Assembly: GCA_964372865.1 (NCBI GenBank)
Contig: CAYJRW010000003.1
Location: forward strand, 1 to 33,302
Direction of reading: 5' to 3'
Source: an uncultured Candidatus Saccharibacteria bacterium
GTDB lineage: Bacteria > Patescibacteriota > Minisyncoccia > Minisyncoccales > 2-12-FULL-40-12
DNA length: 33,302 nt
Shown: one piece after another, positions 14,255 through 22,416 of the stretch
How positions within the stretch are numbered: position 1 is the stretch's first letter
Layout: each line of letters opens with the position of its first letter
Notes under the pieces: model-generated
What the model was told of the DNA's origin: nothing
Database searches by the model: none
The model's input: the letters and a program-made list of their open reading frames with translations, nothing else
Made by a program: the position numbers and the translations under genes

Positions 14255-14282
14255 TTGACAAAGTTTGGTTGAAGAATAATGT
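14255..14282 (+). promoter_or_regulatory. Promoter for ncRNA candidate Y (TTGACA-16 nt-TAATGT)
   Basis: TTGACA at 14255-14260 and TAATGT at 14277-14282. Confidence 0.45.
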
Positions 14283-14289
14283 TAAAAAC

Positions 14290-14415
14290 GAGGGGGTGCG
14301 GGATTTATTCCTTAAGGACACGGGACTTGCGAAAGGAGGTTATAAAAGTAGCTGCCTGGATAGGTCCAATTCCAGGGAATTCCGGACTAACCGAATTCAG
14401 CGAGACCGCCCCCTC
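14290..14415 (+). ncRNA. Structured ncRNA candidate Y (~126 nt), class unknown
   Basis: 9-bp closing stem GAGGGGGTG (14290-14298) / CGCCCCCTC (14407-14415). Internal hairpins CCTGGA-10 nt-TCCAGG and GAATTC(C)GG-ACTAA-CCGAATTC, plus a CTT-GCGA-AAG tetraloop hairpin. No start codon after the internal AGGAGG. Confidence 0.5.
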
Positions 14416-14420
14416 CTTAA

Positions 14421-14451
14421 AGGCCGCTAGACAATATTTCTGGCGGTTTTT
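14421..14451 (+). terminator. Weak hairpin plus T5 after ncRNA candidate Y
   Basis: CCGC(T)AG..CTGGCGG followed by TTTTT. Confidence 0.4.
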
Positions 14452-14467
14452 AATTTGATTATTTTTT

Positions 14468-14476
14468 TGCTATACT
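14468..14476 (+). promoter_or_regulatory. Extended -10 box TGCTATACT, 6 nt upstream of ATG 14483
   Basis: TATACT at 14471-14476 with TG two positions upstream. No SD is present. Confidence 0.45.
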
Positions 14477-14482
14477 GAATAC

Positions 14483-15058
14483 ATGCAGTATAAAATCGTT
14501 ATTTCCGGGGCTGCTCAAACTGGCCATTGTTGCAAAGGAATTAAAGCATTGTCAAAAGAGGTTGGCAGAGAGGTGGCCCGCCAAAAGTGTATTTTGGTTA
14601 CAGGAGCTACAACAGGCATCCCTTATTTTGCAGCCCAGGGCTGCAAGGAAGAGTCAGGTTTTAACGTCGGTTTTTCTCCTGCCATTTCTGAAGCGGCTCA
14701 TTTAAAAACATACCGGCTACCTGTCAGCCCTTTTGATGTCATGATTTATACTGGAGCTGACTACGTTGGCAGAAATGTAATTATGACAAAATCAGCCGAC
14801 GGCATTATCATCATTTGCGGAAGAATGGGCACTTTGCATGAGTTTGTGACGGCTTTTGAAATTCAAAAACCAATAGCCGTCTTGGAAGACACAGGAGGCA
14901 CTGCCGACAAAATAAGACACATCGCCACAGGACCTTACAGAGGGATAAAAAAAATTATTTACGACAAAAACCCAAAACAGTTAGTTAAAAAGCTTATTAA
15001 TTTAATCAAAAAAGAAAAAAACAGAACTCCAAAGCCGCGCTGGCGAAAGCCTAGCTAG
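14483..15058 (+). CDS. LOG / TIGR00725-like Rossmann-fold nucleotide-binding protein
   Basis: VTGATTGIPYFAAQG and ICGRMGTLHEF resemble the GGGxG and PGGxGTxxE motifs of the LOG/SLOG fold. Confidence 0.55.
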   Translation: MQYKIVISGAAQTGHCCKGIKALSKEVGREVARQKCILVTGATTGIPYFAAQGCKEESGFNVGFSPAISEAAHLKTYRLPVSPFDVMIYTGADYVGRNVIMTKSADGIIIICGRMGTLHEFVTAFEIQKPIAVLEDTGGTADKIRHIATGPYRGIKKIIYDKNPKQLVKKLINLIKKEKNRTPKPRWRKPS

Positions 15059-15123
15059 GTGAGAGATAAATACGAAGTATTCAGCGATCATTAAAGGTCG
15101 AACTAAATAAAAAAATATAAAAT

Positions 15124-15393
15124 ATGGCAAATGAAACCTCGTCCCAAGAAGGGAAATTAATCGGCAAAGTCAGTCATTACTTTTCCAATATTGGAGTGGC
15201 AGTTATAGAATTATCAGACAGCTTAAAAGTTGGCGACACAATCAAGATTGCTGGCGGAGACACCGATTTTACTCAAGAGGTTGACTCAATGGAGATTGAA
15301 CATCAGAAAGTTCAGGAGGCAAAGAAGGGCGATTCAGCAGGCCTAAAAGTTCAGCAGAAAGTAAGGGAAGGATACAAGGTCTACAAGACATAA
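15124..15393 (+). CDS. Small beta-barrel protein of the 'translation elongation factor-like' family (89 aa)
   Basis: GKVSHYFSNIGVAVIELSDSLKVGDTIKI...GDSAGLKV resembles stand-alone EF-Tu domain-2-like proteins. Confidence 0.4.
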   Translation: MANETSSQEGKLIGKVSHYFSNIGVAVIELSDSLKVGDTIKIAGGDTDFTQEVDSMEIEHQKVQEAKKGDSAGLKVQQKVREGYKVYKT

Positions 15394-15475
15394 ATTACAA
15401 ATCACAAACGGTTTGAAACTTCGGTCATTGGAATTTGTAATTTGTTTGTAATTTGGTGCTTGTAGTTTGGAATTT
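15392..15475 (+). repeat. AT-rich inverted and degenerate tandem repeat (AAATTACAAAT / ATTTGTAATTT), terminator-like
   Basis: 11-bp stem 15392-15402/15433-15443 with nested CAAAC-G-GTTTG. Followed by TTTGTAATTTG x2 and a T-rich tail. Confidence 0.5.
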
Positions 15476-15483
15476 TAACTATT

Positions 15484-15915
15484 ATGGAAGTTTTTTTGCA
15501 ACTGCTTTTAGCTGCTCTTTTGGGCGGACTTATGGGCTTCGAAAGGGAGTATAAAAGAAAAGAAGCGGGATTGCGGACTTATTCTTTGGTTGCCTTGGGC
15601 TCAGCTTTTTTTATAATAATTTCTTATGAGACTGCTAAATCATTGTTTGGTCAGATAGGTGTTAATTTCGACCCGACTCGTATAATCGGGCAGATTGTTT
15701 TGGGGATTGGTTTTTTGGGAGCAGGCCTGATTATTTTCCGTGGTTTTCACATTGAAGGGTTGACAACAGCAGCAGGCCTTTGGGTGACAGCAGCTGTGGG
15801 GGTGGCTGTTGGAGCAAAATTATATTTCCTGGCAGTTTTTGTAAGTTTTATTGCTGTGGGAATTTTATCCGGCTTGCGGCTGGTTGAGGAAAAATTTTTC
15901 GGTAAATCCCCGTAG
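15484..15915 (+). CDS. mgtC: MgtC/SapB family membrane protein
   Basis: LLGGLMGFEREYKRKEAGLRTY, GIGFLGAGLI and AAGLWVTAAVGVAVG motifs. Confidence 0.8.
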   Translation: MEVFLQLLLAALLGGLMGFEREYKRKEAGLRTYSLVALGSAFFIIISYETAKSLFGQIGVNFDPTRIIGQIVLGIGFLGAGLIIFRGFHIEGLTTAAGLWVTAAVGVAVGAKLYFLAVFVSFIAVGILSGLRLVEEKFFGKSP

Positions 15916-15921
15916 TAAAAA

Positions 15922-16200
15922 ATGGAAAAAGTTAGGGCCCACATTTTGGTTTCAGGCCGTGTGCAGGGCGTCCTTTTTCGAGACGGCATCAAAAGGAAGG
16001 CCAAAAACTTAGGGCTGGCAGGTTGGGTCAGAAATTTGCAATCAGGGCAAGTCGAAGCGGTTTTTGAGGGAGAAAAAGATAAGGTTGAGCAAATTATTAA
16101 TTGGGCAAGGCGAGGCCCAATTTTAGCTAAAGTTGAGGAGTTGGAAGTCGATTGGCAAGAATGTAAAGGAGAGTTCAGTGATTTTGAGATAAAGTTCTAA
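15922..16200 (+). CDS. acyP: Acylphosphatase
   Basis: 92 aa with VSGRVQGVLFR and GWVRNL..G.VEAVFEG signatures. Confidence 0.85.
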   Translation: MEKVRAHILVSGRVQGVLFRDGIKRKAKNLGLAGWVRNLQSGQVEAVFEGEKDKVEQIINWARRGPILAKVEELEVDWQECKGEFSDFEIKF

Positions 16201-16240
16201 GAGCTATAGCTCTTCTCACGTCTCAGCTAAAGCTTCGGCA
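16201..16240. repeat. Palindromic dispersed repeat, copy E (short)
   Basis: GAGCTA/TAGCTC palindrome followed by CTCTTCTCACGTCTCAGCTAAAGCTTCGGC, similar to copy D. Confidence 0.4.
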
Positions 16241-16241
16241 T

Positions 16242-16556
16242 ATGATTAAGATTTTTTGGACCCAACACGCAAAAGAAAAGCTCCGCTATTACCGATTGTC
16301 AGAAAAAATGGTCTTGCGCATTTTGAAGAAACCTGACAGGAAAGAAGAAGGCATAGCTGAAGACACCTTAGCCAATATGCAGATTTCTGGCACAAAAAAA
16401 CATCCCACAGAAGCTTGGATGATGTATGTAATTTTAAAAAAACCCAAAGGCGTTAAAATCATTAGCGCCTGGCGGTATCCCGGTAGAACGCCAGAAGGCC
16501 AAAGGCCCATTATTCCAGACGATGTTCTGGAAGTTCTGTTAAAAGAAAAAATTTGA
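16242..16556 (+). CDS. Hypothetical small protein (104 aa), weakly DUF4258-like
   Basis: ORF with ATGA-type overlap to the next gene. N-terminus WTQHAKEKLRYYRLSEKMVLRIL. No partner gene seen. Confidence 0.35.
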   Translation: MIKIFWTQHAKEKLRYYRLSEKMVLRILKKPDRKEEGIAEDTLANMQISGTKKHPTEAWMMYVILKKPKGVKIISAWRYPGRTPEGQRPIIPDDVLEVLLKEKI

Positions 16557-17803
16557 AAATGCAATTCGTTGCTGATTTTCATATTCATAGCAAATATTCA
16601 CGGGCCACTTCAAAAGATATGAATCTGGAGCAGTTGCAGAAGTGGGCAAAGATTAAAGGCATTAAGGTTTTATCAACCGGCGACTGGACGCATCCAGAAT
16701 GGTTCAAAGAATTGAAAGAAAAATTGGAACCAGCTGAGCCAGGGCTGTACAAACTAAAAACTAATGACGAGACCCGTTTTATTCTTACCGTAGAAATCAG
16801 TTGTATTTATTCAAAAAAAGGGAAAGTGCGGAAAATACATATTTTAATTTTTGCTCCTTCCCTTGAGGCGGCTGAAAAAGTAAATACTCAATTGGGCTGG
16901 CGCGGCAATTTAAAGTCAGATGGCAGGCCTATTTTGGGCCTTGATGCAAAAGAACTTGCCAAAATTGTCTTAAATGTCTCAGAGGACTGCTTGATTGTTC
17001 CTTGCCACGCCTGGACGCCTTGGTTCAGTATTTTTGGTTCAAAATCCGGCTTTAATTCAATTGAAGAATGCTTTGAGGAATACTCAGAATATATTTATGC
17101 AATTGAGACGGGTTTATCCAGCGACCCTTTGATGAACTGGCGGTTATCATCTTTGGATAAAATTGCTTTAATTTCAAACAGCGACAGCCATTCTGCAAGG
17201 AAAATCGGCAGGGAAGCCAATGTCTTTGATACAGAGATTTCTTACAAAAGTATTATAGGGGCGATAAAAAATAAAGACCCAAAAGAGTTTTTGTACACCA
17301 TTGAATTTTTCCCCGAAGAGGGTAAATATCATTACGATGGCCACAGGCTTTGCCAGATCAGTATGGCGCCGAAAGAATCAAAAAACTCAGGTAACATTTG
17401 CCCAAATTGTCAAAAACCACTAACCATAGGGGTTCTAAACCGAGTTGAAGAATTGGCTGACAGGCCAGAAGGTTTTAGGCCCCAAAACGCGATTCCTTTC
17501 AAAAGCTTGGTCCCTTTGGAAGAAATAATTGCAGAGGCCTTAGGTGTAATGCCAGGGGCAAAACAAGTTGAGAAAGAGTATAATGCTCTTGTTGAGAAAT
17601 TCGGCTCAGAATTCGAGGTTTTGCTAAAAGCACCCCTTCAAGACCTTAAATCAGCTACTTTGTTTAAAATAGCAGAAGGCATTGAAAGAGTAAGAGAAGG
17701 CAAGGTTCAAATTTCCCCTGGCTACGATGGTGTCTACGGCAAAGTTAAAATTTTCTCAGACAGAGAGCAGCCGACTCCAACAAAACAGAAGGCCTTATTT
17801 TAA
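16553..17803 (+). CDS. Endonuclease Q-like PHP-domain nuclease with Zn-ribbon
   Basis: FVADFHIHSKYSRATSKDMNLEQL...KVLSTGDWTHPEW matches the EndoQ N-terminal PHP motif as I recall it from Pyrococcus. Internal CPNCQKPLTIGV zinc-finger motif. Confidence 0.65.
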   Translation: MKMQFVADFHIHSKYSRATSKDMNLEQLQKWAKIKGIKVLSTGDWTHPEWFKELKEKLEPAEPGLYKLKTNDETRFILTVEISCIYSKKGKVRKIHILIFAPSLEAAEKVNTQLGWRGNLKSDGRPILGLDAKELAKIVLNVSEDCLIVPCHAWTPWFSIFGSKSGFNSIEECFEEYSEYIYAIETGLSSDPLMNWRLSSLDKIALISNSDSHSARKIGREANVFDTEISYKSIIGAIKNKDPKEFLYTIEFFPEEGKYHYDGHRLCQISMAPKESKNSGNICPNCQKPLTIGVLNRVEELADRPEGFRPQNAIPFKSLVPLEEIIAEALGVMPGAKQVEKEYNALVEKFGSEFEVLLKAPLQDLKSATLFKIAEGIERVREGKVQISPGYDGVYGKVKIFSDREQPTPTKQKALF

Positions 17804-17812
17804 TTTAAAAAG

Positions 17813-18823
17813 ATGATTGAAATTGATGGCTCCTCGGGCGGGCAAATATTGCGAACTTCTGTTGCGCTTTCAGCAGTGAAAAAAATACCCTGTCGTGTTT
17901 TCAACATTAGAAAATCACGGCCAAAACCAGGAATCCGGATCCAACATCTCCTGGGAATTCAAGCCGTATCTCAACTCAGTTCAGGGAGATTAGAAGGCGA
18001 TTTTCTTGATTCTCAAGACATTAAATTTTACCCTGGAGAAATCCGCAAAGATAGCATCTCTGTAAATATTCCAACAGCTGGCAGCATTACTTTGGTTTTG
18101 CAAACTCTGATTTTACCTGCTCTTTTTGCTGAAAGACCGGTAAAAATTTCGTTTGAGGGAGGCGCCACAGACACTTTTTTTTCACCCACCATAGACCATT
18201 TCCGTCACGTATTTTTAAAAATTTTAGAGAAGATGGGAGCAAAACTTGATGTTAAAATTTCAAGGCGCGGTTATTATCCAGAAGGCGGAGCAAAACTTGA
18301 GGTTATAACTTATCCGTCAAAATTGAAAGGCCTCAATTTGACCGAAAGAGGTTCTTTTCAAAAAATTTTGGCTATTTCCGGCGCTTCAGAATCTTTGCGA
18401 GATAAAAAAGTTGGCGAAAGGCAGCTAGCAGGACTTAGAGATATTTTGGGGAAATTGAAACTACCTCTTGAAGAAAAAGCTGAATACTATGATACGAGCT
18501 CTCCCGGGAGCCAAATTTGCTTGTTAGCCGAATTTGGAAATACAATAATCGGCGCAGATAATTTAGGCAAATTAGGAAAAAGAGCCGAAGACGTTGGCAG
18601 AGAAGCTGCCCTGGAGTTGTTGAAAGAAGAAAGAACGGGGGCTTGTTTAGATAAGCATTTAGCAGACCAGATTCTGCCATATATGGCTTTGTCCGGAAAA
18701 AAATCTTCAGTGGCGGTTTCAGAAATCACCAGTCACTGCCAAACCAGTATGTGGGTAATAGAAAAATTTATAGAAGGAAAATTTGAGGTCAAAACAAATT
18801 TAATAACTTGGCGACAAAAATAA
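17813..18823 (+). CDS. rtcA: RNA 3'-terminal phosphate cyclase
   Basis: IEIDGSSGGQILRTSVALSAV..., RPKPGIRIQHL and a C-terminal TSHCQTSMWVIEKF motif. Confidence 0.85.
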   Translation: MIEIDGSSGGQILRTSVALSAVKKIPCRVFNIRKSRPKPGIRIQHLLGIQAVSQLSSGRLEGDFLDSQDIKFYPGEIRKDSISVNIPTAGSITLVLQTLILPALFAERPVKISFEGGATDTFFSPTIDHFRHVFLKILEKMGAKLDVKISRRGYYPEGGAKLEVITYPSKLKGLNLTERGSFQKILAISGASESLRDKKVGERQLAGLRDILGKLKLPLEEKAEYYDTSSPGSQICLLAEFGNTIIGADNLGKLGKRAEDVGREAALELLKEERTGACLDKHLADQILPYMALSGKKSSVAVSEITSHCQTSMWVIEKFIEGKFEVKTNLITWRQK

Positions 18824-19805
18824 CGTAAATCAAGAGGTACATTGTTCCTTCCCAGATATGAATTCTTCTGGAGATGCCTGAAATCACGAAAAGAATTGTG
18901 GCTGCGGCCATAAAAGGTATGCCTATCCTGAAGGTCAACTCGTCAACTGACAAGGGTCTAATTAAGGCAGGCACGCCTGTCACCACAAAAGCGTTAAAGA
19001 TGTTTGAACCAAAAATATTGCCCAGAGCAATCTCGTGTTTGTTTTTAAAAGCAGCCCTCATAGACACGACCAGTTCTGGCAGAGAAGTGCCAACTGCCAC
19101 AGCTGTTATAGCGATTAAAGATACGGAAATTCCCAACATTTCAGACATTTTTATCACTGATTCAATGATATAATTGGCTCCCAAAGCCAAGCCAGCAACT
19201 CCCAAAAGTAAAAATAAAATAACTTTAAAGTTAATTTTCTCCGAGGCCTTCTCTTTTTTTGCGTCTTTTTTTCTTCTTTCAACGCGCGAGGGCAAAACTC
19301 CAATGTGGGCGCCAGAGGGCAAAACTTCTGTGATTTCCGGAGTAGTTTCTTCCGCTTTTCTTTGGGAAATTGTGTATAGAAGGTATATCAAGAAACCTGC
19401 TACAAGCAAAACTCCCTCTCCAAAGGTAATTTGTTTGTCCAGCATTACAAAAATTAAAAAAACCGTAGTGGCAGCCAGCAATGGTGCGTCAAGGTCAATT
19501 AAGCTTCTTTTGACTATTAAGATTCTGGCTGCGATGGCCGACAGTCCTACAATTAAAAGTATGTTTGCCAAATTTGAGCCGACAACATTGGCAGCGACTA
19601 TTTCCGTTGAGCCCTTTAAGACAGCAGCCAAAGAAGAAGCAAGCTCAGGAAAAGAAGTGCCTATTGCCACAATTGTCACCCCGACAATAAAAGGAGAAAT
19701 TTTTAGGGCTAGGCCGATTTTTTCAGAACTTTCTATAAACCAGTCAGCCGACTTCACCAAAACGGCCAAACTCAGAATAAAAACTATAACCCAAATTATT
19801 AACAT
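18789..19805 (-). CDS. CaCA-family Na+/Ca2+ antiporter (YrbG-like)
   Basis: Two alpha-repeats, GTSFPELASS and GTSLPELVVS, with ~10 hydrophobic segments. Convergent 35-nt overlap with rtcA. Confidence 0.85.
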   Translation of the reverse strand: MLIIWVIVFILSLAVLVKSADWFIESSEKIGLALKISPFIVGVTIVAIGTSFPELASSLAAVLKGSTEIVAANVVGSNLANILLIVGLSAIAARILIVKRSLIDLDAPLLAATTVFLIFVMLDKQITFGEGVLLVAGFLIYLLYTISQRKAEETTPEITEVLPSGAHIGVLPSRVERRKKDAKKEKASEKINFKVILFLLLGVAGLALGANYIIESVIKMSEMLGISVSLIAITAVAVGTSLPELVVSMRAAFKNKHEIALGNIFGSNIFNAFVVTGVPALIRPLSVDELTFRIGIPFMAAATILFVISGISRRIHIWEGTMYLLIYVIFVAKLLNLF

Positions 19806-19811
19806 TGCTTC

Positions 19812-19820
19812 ATTATAACA
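19812..19820 (-). promoter_or_regulatory. Extended -10 box TGTTATAAT (minus strand), 6 nt upstream of the antiporter ATG
   Basis: The reverse complement of 19801-19830 reads CAGGATTTTTTGTTATAATGAAGCAATG. Confidence 0.45.
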
Positions 19821-19831
19821 AAAAATCCTGC

Positions 19832-19860
19832 AAACAAAAAACCCGGCATTGGCCGGGCTT
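19832..19860 (-). terminator. Rho-independent terminator after the Zn-ribbon gene
   Basis: Minus strand reads CCCGGC-CAAT-GCCGGG followed by TTTTTTGTTTG. Confidence 0.7.
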
Positions 19861-19863
19861 TTG

Positions 19864-20070
19864 TTAGAATCTCTTGGGTCTACTTTCCCTGAAAGTGCGC
19901 ATGCAGTCCTGACATCGTAAAGTATCCAAGCGAGAAGGATCTGGCTGAAAAGGCAGCTGCGTTATTGATGTTCCGCAATCTTTGCACTTGATGTTCATAT
20001 CAGAAACATCGTACATCTGGCGCTGAAATCCGCCCTCTCGAGGTCCTGTGTCAAATTTCTTAAAAGCCAT
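19864..20070 (-). CDS. Small zinc-ribbon protein (68 aa)
   Basis: Two CxxC pairs (CKDCG and CQDC). Own minus-strand promoter TTGACA-17 nt-TATACT, the reverse complement of AGTATATAACCTGCCTTATATTATGTCAA at about 20173-20201. Confidence 0.55.
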   Translation of the reverse strand: MAFKKFDTGPREGGFQRQMYDVSDMNIKCKDCGTSITQLPFQPDPSRLDTLRCQDCMRTFRESRPKRF

Positions 20071-20252
20071 CTTGATAAACTATTTTTGAATTATAGAACG
20101 ACCTTTTGTTTAGACTTTAGGTCGCCCTACTTAAAGTTGATTTAAGATACTTCGACTTATCGGTCCAGATATAGTATATAACCTGCCTTATATTATGTCA
20201 AGAGACGGGTTTTTGACATAGCCGAGCAAAACAGGTTAAAATGGTATTAACT

Positions 20253-21362
20253 ATGAGGAAATTTTTTATCGTTTTTGTCGTATTTTTCTTAGCGATAGCA
20301 TTTGTTTACTTTTATTTTTTCAGAGAAACATCTATTGATGAGACAGTTGTTGAGGAAATCGTGCCTGGCAAAGATACTGCTGTTGTTGCCGAAAATCTGC
20401 AGATTCCCTGGGAGCTTGCTTTTTTGCCAGACGGCACAATCTTGGTAACAGAAAGGCCAGGAAATGTGGCAGTTGTCAGAGAAGGTAGCTTCAGTCGTAT
20501 TTCAATCCCTGACGTATATCACGTTGGCGAAGGCGGGCTTTTGGGCATGGCTTTACATCCCGACTTTGGGGAGAATAAATTTTTATATTTTTATCTAACA
20601 TATAAAGAGGGAAGCGAAATCAAAAACAGAGTTGAGAGATACAGGTTTGATAACAATGCTTTGTCAGACAGAAGGGTTATTGTTGACGAAATACCGGGCT
20701 CTGGCAATCATAACGGCGGCAGAATTGCTTTTGGACCTGACGGTTATTTGTACATTACTACCGGCGACTCACAAACCCCTTCTTTAAGCCAAGACATCAA
20801 TTCTTTGGCAGGAAAAATTTTACGATTGCTCCCCGACGGTTCAATTCCTGATGATAATCCTTTCGGCAACGCGGTATATACTTTTGGGCATCGCAATGCT
20901 CAGGGTTTGGCTTGGGACAATGAAGGCCGTTTGTGGAGCACAGAGCATGGCCCCTCTTCTTTGTTTTTGCCTAATTGTTGCCAAGACGAGTTAAATCTGA
21001 TAGAAAGAGGCAAAAATTACGGCTGGCCAGACAGCCGAGGCGACAACGTTCAGCCAGGCACTGTTGGGCCTGTCTTGCATTCAAAAGAAGATACATGGGC
21101 TCCTGCAGGCGTTGTCTACCACGAGGACTCTTTATTTTTTGGCGGGTTGAGAGGGCAAACTTTGTATGAGGCGGTTTTACAGGGAGACAAAGTCATTGAG
21201 TTAAAAAAGCACTTTCAAGGGGAATTTGGCAGAGTACGCGTAGTTTCACTGGGGCAAGAAAACTTCCTTTATATTTCCACTTCCAATACAGATGGTCGAG
21301 GCAGTCCTCGTCAAAACGACGATAAAATAATCAGAATAATTACGGATTTACTAAGTCGCTGA
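20253..21362 (+). CDS. PQQ-dependent soluble sugar (glucose/sorbosone) dehydrogenase, YliI-like, with N-terminal signal anchor
   Basis: LQIPWELAFLPDG..LVTERPG, GGRIAFGPDGYLY.TTGD and GHRNAQGLAWD motifs. The track ORF starts at 20241, which overlaps a TTGACA-17/18 nt-TAAAAT promoter, so ATG 20253 (MRKFFIVF...) is preferred. Confidence 0.8.
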   Translation: MRKFFIVFVVFFLAIAFVYFYFFRETSIDETVVEEIVPGKDTAVVAENLQIPWELAFLPDGTILVTERPGNVAVVREGSFSRISIPDVYHVGEGGLLGMALHPDFGENKFLYFYLTYKEGSEIKNRVERYRFDNNALSDRRVIVDEIPGSGNHNGGRIAFGPDGYLYITTGDSQTPSLSQDINSLAGKILRLLPDGSIPDDNPFGNAVYTFGHRNAQGLAWDNEGRLWSTEHGPSSLFLPNCCQDELNLIERGKNYGWPDSRGDNVQPGTVGPVLHSKEDTWAPAGVVYHEDSLFFGGLRGQTLYEAVLQGDKVIELKKHFQGEFGRVRVVSLGQENFLYISTSNTDGRGSPRQNDDKIIRIITDLLSR

Positions 21363-21420
21363 AGCTGTGCTTCATCTCCATCTTCGCTTTCGCTCAGCTT
21401 CCGCTTCGCAAAAGCTCGCT
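21361..21420. repeat. Palindromic dispersed repeat, copy F
   Basis: GCTTCATCTCCATCTTCGCTTTCGCTCAGCTTCCGCTTCGC resembles copy C (GTTCATCTCACGCCCTTTGCTTCGCTCGGG). Confidence 0.4.
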
Positions 21421-21422
21421 AA

Positions 21423-22175
21423 ATGATGAACGCTGAAGATTTCAAAAGAAAATATGGCCACGAAGAAGCAGGGTTTTGGTATCCGAGGGTAACAGCCATT
21501 TGCGAGATTATAGCCAAGCCCGGTATGGAAAAATGGCTGGCTGACTCTGGCAGTTATGACTTAATGATGCAAAAAAGAAGGAAAGTTCTTGACTGGGGCA
21601 GCGCAATAGACAGGGTAGCAAAAAGTATATTTAAAGGAGAAAGCCCGGAAATTAATCCAACTATCAATCCTTCAATTGGCGCCTTTTTAAGTTGGTTAAA
21701 GCGGCATAAGATAGTATTTTTTGATGCCGACAGAAAAGTTGTCAGCAAAAAACATTTTTATGCAGGCACAACAGACATTATTGCCGAGATTGATGGCCAA
21801 TTCGGGATTTTGGACATTAAAACCAGCAGCAATTTTTGGGACGAGCATTTTGTGCAGACAGCGGCCTACTGCCAGGCCTTTAACGAGCAAGAATCAAAAA
21901 AAGTTAAAACGCATTGGATTTTGAAAGTTGACCAGTATCAGGAATGCCAGAATTGTTTTGCCAAAAAAAGAGAAAAAGCAGGCAAGGAAGAGATTAAAGG
22001 CAATAATTTTGACTGCCAGCATAACTGGTCTGTTTTCAAAGGAGTGTGCGAGTTGAAAGAATCCTCAGAACACGAAACCTATATGAGAATGTTTTTGCAC
22101 GCCAAAAAACTCTGGGAACTGGCAAACCGCCGCTTCCTCTCTCACATAGAAAACTATCCCAACAATAAATTCTAA
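21423..22175 (+). CDS. PD-(D/E)xK (RecB/Cas4-like) nuclease-fold protein with C-terminal Cys cluster
   Basis: GTTDIIAE...GILDIKTS (D...D-x-K), QTAAYCQAF (QxxxY-like), and the Cys cluster CQNC...C...C. Confidence 0.55.
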   Translation: MMNAEDFKRKYGHEEAGFWYPRVTAICEIIAKPGMEKWLADSGSYDLMMQKRRKVLDWGSAIDRVAKSIFKGESPEINPTINPSIGAFLSWLKRHKIVFFDADRKVVSKKHFYAGTTDIIAEIDGQFGILDIKTSSNFWDEHFVQTAAYCQAFNEQESKKVKTHWILKVDQYQECQNCFAKKREKAGKEEIKGNNFDCQHNWSVFKGVCELKESSEHETYMRMFLHAKKLWELANRRFLSHIENYPNNKF

Positions 22176-22178
22176 TAT

Positions 22179-22207
22179 TTGACAATAGGAAGCCAAACGT
22201 CTAAAAT
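22179..22207 (+). promoter_or_regulatory. Consensus-like promoter P1 (TTGACA-17 nt-TAAAAT)
   Basis: TTGACA at 22179-22184 and TAAAAT at 22202-22207. Confidence 0.55.
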
Positions 22208-22248
22208 CATAAAAATCAATCCCCAACTTTTGCGATAATTCAGTTGAC

Positions 22249-22276
22249 TTGACAGCAAATACTGCCGGACTATAAT
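22249..22276 (+). promoter_or_regulatory. Consensus promoter P2 (TTGACA-16 nt-TATAAT)
   Basis: TTGACA at 22249-22254 and TATAAT at 22271-22276. Confidence 0.6.
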
Positions 22277-22332
22277 AGAGAAAGTTATAGAGCTTATGTC
22301 ATTAATCAGAGTAAACATATTAGTAACGAAAT

Positions 22333-22373
22333 GCACCAAAAAAACCCTTCGCAAGGAAGGTGCTTTTTGGTGC
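22333..22373 (+). other. Nested hairpin (10-bp outer stem, 5-bp inner stem)
   Basis: GCACCAAAAA..[CCTTC-GCAAG-GAAGG]..TTTTTGGTGC. Confidence 0.6.
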
Positions 22374-22416
22374 GCCAGTAAAGAAGATTGAATTTTGTCA
22401 TAATCTTGGTACCTCA

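Noticed and set aside
14290-14415. Assignment of ncRNA candidate Y as SRP (4.5S) RNA
   Set aside because: It has a G5/C5 terminal stem and a CCUGGAUAGGUCC stretch like E. coli 4.5S. However, it lacks the GGAA tetraloop and the GGAAGCAGC 3' strand of helix 8. The 5' and 3' halves are also too asymmetric for a single long hairpin.
18874-19818. Plus-strand ORFs 18874..19173 and 19174..19818, antisense to the antiporter
   Set aside because: These are shadow ORFs opposite a well-supported CaCA antiporter gene. Their translations are low-complexity with no motifs.
22296-22391. 31-codon ORF MSLIRVNILVTKCTKKTLRKEGAFWCASKED as a feature
   Set aside because: It has no SD and its sequence is dominated by the hairpin arms. 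It is mentioned only as an alternative in the findings.
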